This document shows positions 56,609-64,000 of a DNA stretch of 64,000 nucleotides, in pieces (the first letter of the stretch is position 1; every line of letters starts with the position of its first letter). This DNA comes from Salisapilia sapeloensis CBS 127946. Lineage: Eukaryota; Protista; Oomycota. Both the position numbers and the translations under genes were made by a program. The notes below the pieces were generated by a model. It had not been told where the DNA came from. It searched no databases and saw only the letters and a list, made by a program, of their open reading frames with translations. The stretch is taken from NCBI GenBank assembly GCA_023334545.1, contig JAADVB010000091.1:641-64640 (forward strand), read 5' to 3'.

Positions 56609-58485
56609 TTACGCACCAAGCAACGTGTTACTCTCCTGTACAGGTTGATCGTTACCGTTGTAGTTGCGGCGATAGAAATGGACAGCAGCAAAGGCACAAA
56701 CAGCAATGACAGCAGTCACAGCGGCAGCAGATACATACTGCATCGTAGACTGCATTCCCTTGTCGTCATTCGACTTTGTACCGGCAGACTCTTGTGGAGG
56801 AACGGGCGACGCGCATTCTTCATCCGTACGAGGCTTCTTGGCAAAGTCGAAAGCTCGTAGGAACGTATCCAATTCACAAAGCGCTGTCAAGAGCAAGAGT
56901 CGTCAGACACACAAAGATGAAGAGTACTTAGGACGAAACATACTGTCTTGGCATTCCGGAACGAGTAGTGGCTTCCCCAAGAAGATCATTCGGGCAGCGT
57001 GCTTGCCATTCATGAGCTTGTACAGCTCAATGTTGAGCACACCAGCGTACGGCGTCCACTTTCGATCCCAATGATGGCGGAGACTGGCCGCCAAGAACGG
57101 CATGATAGTCGAGTCATGGCCTATATACACTTGTTAATCGTACATTCGCTGCGTACTCTAGAGCTCATCAAGTACCCATGGTAATGGCCAACTTGGGAGC
57201 AGCCTCGCCGTTGGCCATGGCCTCCATCCGTCCTCGGATCTCATTCGCTAGTGGCTGCATGCCGATATTGGAGAACCACGAGTCGTTATAAAGTAGCTGC
57301 ATGCTCTCCCTCCACTCCGCTTCTTCGATGAGCGACTGGAAGAGAGAGTCATCGACTTGTCCAGGCAGCGGCAGACCATTGCAACGCGAGACACTAAGGC
57401 ATTCGAGCATAGTGCCCCACTCAAAGTTCCCAGCACCCTTTTCAAACTTATTCTGCATGTCAAGCACTTCTTTCGAGTGAATATGGGCTTGGAAGTCATC
57501 GGAGCTTTTCGCTACGCCACCAATGTATGGAAGGATGGGGCAGATATTTCCATTGGCATTGATATGGTCCGTCGCGTAGTCGGCAACATGCCAAGTGAGT
57601 TTGTCGTCGAGACTTCGAGAGAGACTGGAGCCATCGGGAGGAAAGAAGCCGTCCATGAGCGCATGGCCGGAGCCGACAGTACGCTCCTCGTCATCGCTAC
57701 AAGCAGACATTGTCAGTGTATGCAGGAGGAACAAGAGACTGAAGAAAGGTACCTGCGCAAGTAGATGCTGTCGACAGGAGGCTACGAACAATGAACAGTA
57801 AGTGCATGCAGCCTACCAGATACGCTAGAGAAGCTACCGATTCATCGGAGAAGAGCTTGAGAGGTCCTTCGCCGATGTACGCCTTCCTCAGGTGTCTAGT
57901 ACCAACATTAGCGAAACGGAAGAGACTCGTATCTCTAGAAGAGCGTACTCTCCATTTCGAAGATGCTGTTGTCGGCCGATGTCGAGTAGTCCACCGACGA
58001 TACAATCACCGTTCAAGATGTTCTCTCCATCCAGATACGACTTCTTGTACAGCCTTCCAAATCCTTTCTCCGAGGTATTCCCGATATCTTGAGACTAGAC
58101 GAACCCACTTTGTTACTCTACGCATCTTTTCATACTATATCGAGACCTACCGAGACGGAGCTTGTACTACAGTTCCACGTTGCCAGCATCGGATTCGTAT
58201 TCGAGTCCCAGCAACGTAGCTTTGTAAACGGAGCTCGAGCCCCGTGCCTAGCAATCAGCTACGAAAGTATCGACTTAAGGTATGTACGTATCGACTTCTA
58301 TCATATCGTCGAACCTGCACTTGCTCGAGGCTCTCGACCCTTTGCTCCTGATCCGGTGTCAACGGGGTAATCGCTTTATCCGCGATGCCTTCCAAATCAT
58401 TACAGTAGGCATGCGGCTGCCATCCGTCGTACCTCGAGGCCGTCGCCGTGGCTATGAAGACAGTCGAAAGCGCCCAGACTCGCAT
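56609..58485 (-). CDS. Histidine acid phosphatase (lysosomal-type, signal peptide + C-terminal TM), multi-exon
   Basis: IARHGARAP (RHGxRxP) and YIGHDST (HD), with a signal peptide, TM YVSAAAVTAVIAVCAFAAVHF and a tail ExxxLL motif. Confidence 0.9.
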
Positions 58486-58622
58486 CTTTTCAAATGACCT
58501 CGAGGGAGATTCGTCCGTCGATCTTGAGACGTCGCAACCGTTTCATCCTCCTACGTCCTCTTTTTCCATCCAACCTGATAACTCAATGTGTCCACCGTTC
58601 ACATGTTCCGCTTACTCTATGC

Positions 58623-61169
58623 CTACTCTTCTCCGGCCTGACTCTTCTCCACAAGCTCTCGTTTCACTCGCTTCTCCTCGTCAAACACATCGACGCCCAA
58701 CAGATCTTCAATGTGCTGACGCACTTGCAACGCCTTCTTCCAGTCGCCAGTTTCCTCCACACCGATGAGTGCTGCCTTGTACATGGAGATGACACGTACC
58801 CACTTCCCAGGGTTCTTTCGTCCAACGTCTTCAATCAACTCGTTCGTCTCTTTATCGACGTGCATCGCTTCAAAGCGCTCCATCACGTCCATGATCAGCG
58901 TGACATCCTTTCGTTGTCTACACAGATGCATCATCCGGTAGGCAATACCGAGTTGTAAGAACAAACCATCACGTCTGATGACTCCCATGATCTCCGTGGC
59001 AAACGCACTGTCGTGTTGAGTGAGTGCGACTTCAAAGAACTTAAAGATAGCCTTGGGCGTAAAGGATTGACTCCCATGATCACGATACAATCGCTTGACA
59101 TCACCGTACGCATTCTCATTCGCATAAGCGAACAAGAGTTCAGTATAGAAATTCGACTCGCCAAATGTGTGCGACTGCTTGCTTCGCGTGGCGTCTGCAT
59201 CCGCTTCGATCATCCGAAGACGTTCCATTCGATTTCGAGCACTCGCTGCACAACGCACGAGCGACGAGTAGCTAGAGTATGGGAGTATATAGGACGTTGA
59301 AGTATTTTGTCGAGCCTTCTCGTACATTTCTAGCAGCAGCATCTGGTCATCCTTGCCTCCCTTCTCCAGCATTGGGTACAAGTTCCCGACCATGCACAAC
59401 GTCATGTCTAGTCCACTGTCCTGCATGTGACGCATAACCTTGGCGGCATCCCTTGTCCTGAAGTTCACGCCCTTCTTGTGTGCTTGGCGCATACCCAACG
59501 CAATGTGTTCATGCGGCCAATTTCGGAGCTCCCATCCGTATTTTTGCATTTCGTCAATGATCTTCAGCGCTTTCTCCAACTCACCGTTCTTCACTTCGGC
59601 CTTTAAGAGCTCCGTGACGATATCACGGATCTGCACGACACTAAGTCGATTACGAATCTTACTCTTCGACTTTTTGTCCTTGTCCTTGTTCGCGTTCAAG
59701 TCCTTGAGCGTTTCAATAGCGTAGTCGTAGAGAGCGTACAAGCCGTCGATGTCGCCGAGCGTACTGAAGCGGCTGGTGGCGAGGTTGATACGGAAGCTCG
59801 TGTCGCCATTAGTCATCATCCCCTTGGTCACTTGAGCGACCATCTCATTGTGCTCGTAGGATTCACCGTAGAGACTTTCGACAATAGACAACGCATGTCG
59901 ATACTGTTCCGCTCCGTCTAAGAACAGCGGCACGAGCTTGGCCACCTGGTCATGTTGGCCCGTCCGGTACAACGTCCGAACGACATTACGTGACAGACGA
60001 GGGTGGACGAAGAGCTCTCCGTCCGTCTGCTTCATGCTGTTAAAGCGCTCTACAAGCTGCTCGTTGACAATGGCCATGGCGCCATCCAGATCGTCCATGG
60101 CTAGTCGTTTATCCAGCTCGCTGTTCGTCATATTTGTCATTCTATTTTGTTGGTCAGTGACCGACTCGTCGAAGAGGTAGTCCGGCAGGACGTCCTGGTT
60201 CGCATCTATCAAGCGCCGCGTGTTGCGATTAAACGGAACGTTGCGAGCCTTCATGTCAGCCAACTCCTCTGCGATCCCATCTCTCTGACCTAAGAACTCT
60301 AGCGTCTCGATCACAGCATTCGACGCTTTCGTCTCCAGTTGCAATTCGAAGCGCTTACGGTTTTCTAGGATGGCTGCTGCTTGGTCCTTACAGTCATTGT
60401 CTCGACACACACGTAAGAGAGCAATTAGAGTGCCACCAGTGAGACGCATACTGGAGTTTGTGTAGAAAGCAAACGCACGATCAGGTTCTCCAGCCTTGCC
60501 CATGGCAAAGAGGACACGGTCGATGGTTGTTTCATGCCAGTAGCCTACTTGCGGATCGGCATCGTCAAACAGCTCTCTCGCAATGTCCAAACGACCTCCT
60601 TCGACCATGTAAAGCATCATGTAGGACATGATTTCAGTCGGTCGATCTGAGAGTAGTTCCAGAGCCTCCTTGTACCTCTCATACGCTTCGTCTAATCGAC
60701 CTTCCATGAGCAGACCGACGATGTGGAAGCGATGGGTGAGTTCCAAGTCGTCGTTGGCTTTGTTCTTCTTGAGAAAGTCGTATACTTGGAGCATATCCTT
60801 GGGTCTCTTGTGGTTATAAAGCGAGCGAAAGTAGTCGGCGTACATGGTCATCGATATCGGAGCGTCTCGAGCAGCCATGGCCTTCACAACAGAGACCATA
60901 CCATCCATCAAGTGCACTTTCTCAGACGCATTGAATAGATCTACTAGTTCATCGGCATCCGTTCCTGATTGCTCCGTAGTCTCATCGATATACTTTGTCA
61001 GCTCTCGACGGACTTGCTTCAGCTTCTTCACGCCAACCTCTTTCTTCATGTTGGACGTTCGACCTTGCAAGAACCATTCTCGATCTATACCGGCAATGGA
61101 CTGAAAGTTCCTTGTCTCGACAGACCATTTCGGCAGCCGTCGTGCAGCGAGGCGGCCCACTCTCCACAT
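58623..61169 (-). CDS. Pentatricopeptide-repeat-like helical protein with a mitochondrial presequence (~848 aa)
   Basis: Starts MWRVGRLAARRLPKW and carries degenerate ~35-aa repeats (TIDRVLFAMGKAGEPDRAFAFY; SNAVIETLEFLG...LADMKARNVPFN). Confidence 0.72.
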   Translation of the reverse strand: MWRVGRLAARRLPKWSVETRNFQSIAGIDREWFLQGRTSNMKKEVGVKKLKQVRRELTKYIDETTEQSGTDADELVDLFNASEKVHLMDGMVSVVKAMAARDAPISMTMYADYFRSLYNHKRPKDMLQVYDFLKKNKANDDLELTHRFHIVGLLMEGRLDEAYERYKEALELLSDRPTEIMSYMMLYMVEGGRLDIARELFDDADPQVGYWHETTIDRVLFAMGKAGEPDRAFAFYTNSSMRLTGGTLIALLRVCRDNDCKDQAAAILENRKRFELQLETKASNAVIETLEFLGQRDGIAEELADMKARNVPFNRNTRRLIDANQDVLPDYLFDESVTDQQNRMTNMTNSELDKRLAMDDLDGAMAIVNEQLVERFNSMKQTDGELFVHPRLSRNVVRTLYRTGQHDQVAKLVPLFLDGAEQYRHALSIVESLYGESYEHNEMVAQVTKGMMTNGDTSFRINLATSRFSTLGDIDGLYALYDYAIETLKDLNANKDKDKKSKSKIRNRLSVVQIRDIVTELLKAEVKNGELEKALKIIDEMQKYGWELRNWPHEHIALGMRQAHKKGVNFRTRDAAKVMRHMQDSGLDMTLCMVGNLYPMLEKGGKDDQMLLLEMYEKARQNTSTSYILPYSSYSSLVRCAASARNRMERLRMIEADADATRSKQSHTFGESNFYTELLFAYANENAYGDVKRLYRDHGSQSFTPKAIFKFFEVALTQHDSAFATEIMGVIRRDGLFLQLGIAYRMMHLCRQRKDVTLIMDVMERFEAMHVDKETNELIEDVGRKNPGKWVRVISMYKAALIGVEETGDWKKALQVRQHIEDLLGVDVFDEEKRVKRELVEKSQAGEE

Positions 61170-61299
61170 GTCCACGAGCTTTGCGCTTTGGTTGTCAGCG
61201 GTCCAATTGTCTCTTTTAAATAGAATCGTTGATACTTTCAATAGGATACTAATAAATCGGAGCAGTGGGTTACTTCGATCTTTAAAGGTCGCGTCGAGC

Positions 61300-61601
61300 A
61301 TGGAAGAGTACGATGAGGAGAAGCTACATGTGCTTACAGCTGACCAGCTCGCAGCCCTCGATGAAGCAAAGGTCTCTTTCCGAGCACAAGTATCCTGTAT
61401 GTGATAATCATGCGAAAGTAGGTGAACATCCGGATTGACAATGAACAATACTTGCGCGACCATCCGGACGTGACCAAAGTCACTCGAGCGCTGCTGCGTG
61501 GCATCTTGCGTGACCAGCCTCGAGATCCGACCTTGTATGCCTACCGGTTCTTTGCTCGGTCGAAAGCAAGCCTTCGTAGCGACCTCGACTCCAAAAGCTA
61601 G
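61300..61601 (+). CDS. RIIAD1: RIIa (dimerization/docking) domain-containing protein, RIIAD1-like, 2 exons
   Basis: Spliced translation: MEEYDEEKLHVLTADQLAALDEAK|VNIRIDNEQYLRDHPDVTKVTRALLRGILRDQPRDPTLYAYRFF. It matches the RIIAD1 pattern (L...Q...L...K...RI.NE.YLR.H.E/D). Confidence 0.82.
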
Positions 61602-61674
61602 CAACTATTTTATCATACAAATGAAAACGTACGAGGCTGTGCCTGAATGCAAAATCATGCCGAGTCTTGTTGAT

Positions 61675-62862
61675 TTAAGCACTAGAGTCCGAGACACTGG
61701 TGATCTCTTCCGCATGATGCGTCTTTTGCTCATGGGCTTCACGCACTGGTTTGAAGTAAGGGTGCTGCATCGCCTCCTTCGCCGTCAATCGTTCCTGATG
61801 GTCGTACCGGAGCAGACCGTCCAAAAAGTCAAGCGCTTCCGTCGATATCAAGTGCTTGTTCTCTTGCGTAATGAACTTTTCCCACGGCTTCTTCGCGTGG
61901 TTGCCCAAGATGCCGTCATACTGTGGATCCAGCTCTAAATCGTACGTCGCCAAGTAGTCATACAACTCGTCCGTGCCCTTCACCTTGGCGATCTTGACGA
62001 GCTGGTCACAGTTGTCATGGCCGTGGAACATGGGCTCCTTGCGGAAGATCATGGCCGCGAACATGCACCCGAGACTCCACATGTCCAACGAGTAGTCGTA
62101 CTCTTGCATGTCCACGAGGAGCTCGGGACCTTTAAAGTACCGACTCGCGACACGGACGTTGTACTCGCGACCGGGGTGGTAGAACTCGGCAAGACCCCAG
62201 TCGATCAGTCGAAGCTGGCGCTTCTCATGGTCGATCATGATGTTATGGGGCTTGACGTCCCGGTGCATGATGCCGTTTGCGTGTGAGTAGTCCAAGGCCT
62301 TGAGCAGTTCGTAAATGTAGTACCGGATGTCATAGTCCGTGAGCGTCGGATACAAGGTTTTAAAGTCCGTGTTGTTCACGTGCTCAAAGACGAGGCTGGG
62401 CGTCTTGGACTGCGGGTCACGCACAACGTCCAGGAGTTGGACGATGTTGACACCGCCCGAGAGATTCTGCAAGATCTTGATTTCACTATTGTGCAACACA
62501 TGAGTACAAGTCGGAAGAAAAGATGGTATCTATCGTACCGTTTGATCTTCTTCTTCTTCACTGGCTTGAGGATCTTAATGACGCATTTGCTGTTGTTCAT
62601 GACGTTGTACCCTTCAAAGACCTCACTGTACTTGCCTCGACCGATCTTCCGAACGACTTCATAATTGTCCTGTTCACTACGTTCGTCGAGAGGATCACGT
62701 CAGTATTTTTTATCTCTTAAAGCCTATTTTCTTGACTGTATAAGAAATAAAGATATAGGAGTCGAGTACGCACCCCCACGTGACGGACAGGGTTTCGTAA
62801 TCCCAGTACTCGCGCGGACGCGTCTCGTTCACGTCGCAGTAGACCCTCGCCCGACTGCTCAT
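61675..62862 (-). CDS. CSNK2A: Casein kinase II alpha subunit, 3 exons
   Basis: [12 protein letters not shown]...[26 protein letters not shown]|[27 protein letters not shown] and [11 protein letters not shown]. Confidence 0.98.
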
Positions 62863-63251
62863 GGCTCTAGATGTAACTCGTGTAGCTCGTGGGAGTATGC
62901 TGGACCGACACAGCACTCCTACTCTCAGCGTCTTGTCCGCTGCCTGCTCCTAGTCGCCGTTTCTGGTTTTCTTTCCCTCCGAGCGCACTCCATCCAAGAT
63001 TTAGGTCGCGCGAAGGTTTCCTTGAAGCAACCTTCGCGTAACGTAGGATTCCGAGTTGAGGTACAAGCGGTGCTTGCTGATGGATCCATGATAGACAAGT
63101 GCTACACGTGTCGATCACAGAGCTAGGTACGCAAACCGTATTCTTTTCTGGTAAGAAATAGACGGAAGACATCACCTCGTAGAAATAAGACAAAAATACA
63201 GTGTATAAAATCATGCTCATTCAAAGTGAATCTTCAAAAAGGCAAAAAGTT

Positions 63252-63324
63252 TGGACACTGGGGGTATCGATCCCCCTACCTCCCGCATGCGAAGCGGGCG
63301 CTCTACCATTTGAGCTAAGCGCCC
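63252..63324 (-). tRNA. trnA-CGC: tRNA-Ala (anticodon CGC)
   Basis: A 73-nt cloverleaf: GGGCGCT/AGTGTCC acceptor stem with the G3:U70 Ala identity pair, anticodon arm CCCGC-TTCGCAT-GCGGG, T-arm GGGGG-ATCGATA-CCCCC, and a downstream T-run terminator. Confidence 0.97.
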
Positions 63325-63949
63325 AGGATGTTGGCTTAAGAGGAATTAATAATATACAAAGCATAAGGTAAATATCAGAGAAAGTCTTTGTATCCGTTTG
63401 GCAGTCTACGAGCCAGAATTTAGCCTTGTCATGGCATGCAGAACGGGTAATTTGGTATACATAAGATGCATTCGACGATTTAAACTGTATAGAAATAATA
63501 ATTTTATGCTCGCTGAGGTATTACCATGGACTCAAGCATTTATTATAGAACCTCTGGCTTGACCAGAAGAGCAATACCCGCATTTAGACCATGTAAAGAA
63601 TATAACGAGCCATGCAAGCTAAACTTCCAATTCACCTAGTACAATCAATTTTTTGCTTGCTGTAATCATTGCTTGTATTTAATTCGAATTCCTCACTAAC
63701 GCGTTGTGCTGTGTACATGGCAAGCTTCAGCATTTTCTACATTGATTTATACCTCACTCCGCTAAAGGATCTCTTCAGTGTTAACCTAGCTATCAGCTCA
63801 ACACCTTCGTCGCCTTCGGATATACTATAAAAATTATACAAATACAAAAACTGTGATGATCCCTTGACTCTGCCTTTGGTCTATGAAAAAGTAGTTGGTT
63901 TCGTCGGACGGCGTGCATGACGACGGACAGCAAAAGTATAAAAAAGGAA

Positions 63950-64000
63950 TGCGCGTGCCCGGATTCGAACCGAGGATACTTCGACCACAACGAAGGGTAC
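63950..64000 (-). tRNA. trnH-GTG: tRNA-His (anticodon GTG), 5' part beyond the window edge
   Basis: Anticodon arm CTTCG-TTGTGGT-CGAAG, T-arm CTCGG-TTCGAAT-CCGGG, 3' acceptor strand CACGCGC+A, followed by a TTTTT run. Confidence 0.92.

Noticed and set aside
61170-61604. First 145 codons of the 993-aa minus-strand ORF as part of the PPR-like protein
   Set aside because: It starts at a TTG and lies antisense to a convincing RIIAD1 gene. A presequence-like ATG start (MWRVGRLAARR) exists at 61169.
63850-63940. TGATGA box-C-like motif between the tRNAs (possible C/D snoRNA)
   Set aside because: There is no matching CTGA D box or terminal stem on that strand before the tRNA.

Overview
Gene-dense eukaryotic nuclear DNA, almost certainly from an oomycete. 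The beta-tubulin ends [16 protein letters not shown], introns are short (mostly ~50-70 nt, GT-AG), convergent genes are separated by only tens of bases, and flagellar-type genes are present. About 37 protein-coding genes can be supported, plus tRNA-Ala(CGC) and a window-truncated tRNA-His(GUG). Several genes are hidden from the ORF track by introns and were reassembled by hand: AMMECR1, a 15-exon SPO11 with a GC-AG intron, a SHIPPO/STPG-repeat protein, RIIAD1, eIF4B and HAT1. I found no transposon, CRISPR or rRNA signal. The most notable item is a probably mitochondrial oxidoreductase at 45238-46924, in which a Cys4 'Oxidored-like' module (CC-x3-C-x2-C) sits where a cytochrome-P450-reductase-type FAD/NADPH enzyme would normally carry its FMN domain. 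Other items of interest: a stand-alone ~240-aa Sec5/Vps51-N protein, a small helical domain inserted in the presenilin loop, a WW-AIM24 fusion, a mitochondrial-looking HAT-repeat protein, a 7-TM BK-like channel without an acidic Ca bowl, a secreted PAN/Apple protein, and several AT-richer intervals with splice-like signals that I could not resolve. All calls come from reading motifs by eye; no database search was run.
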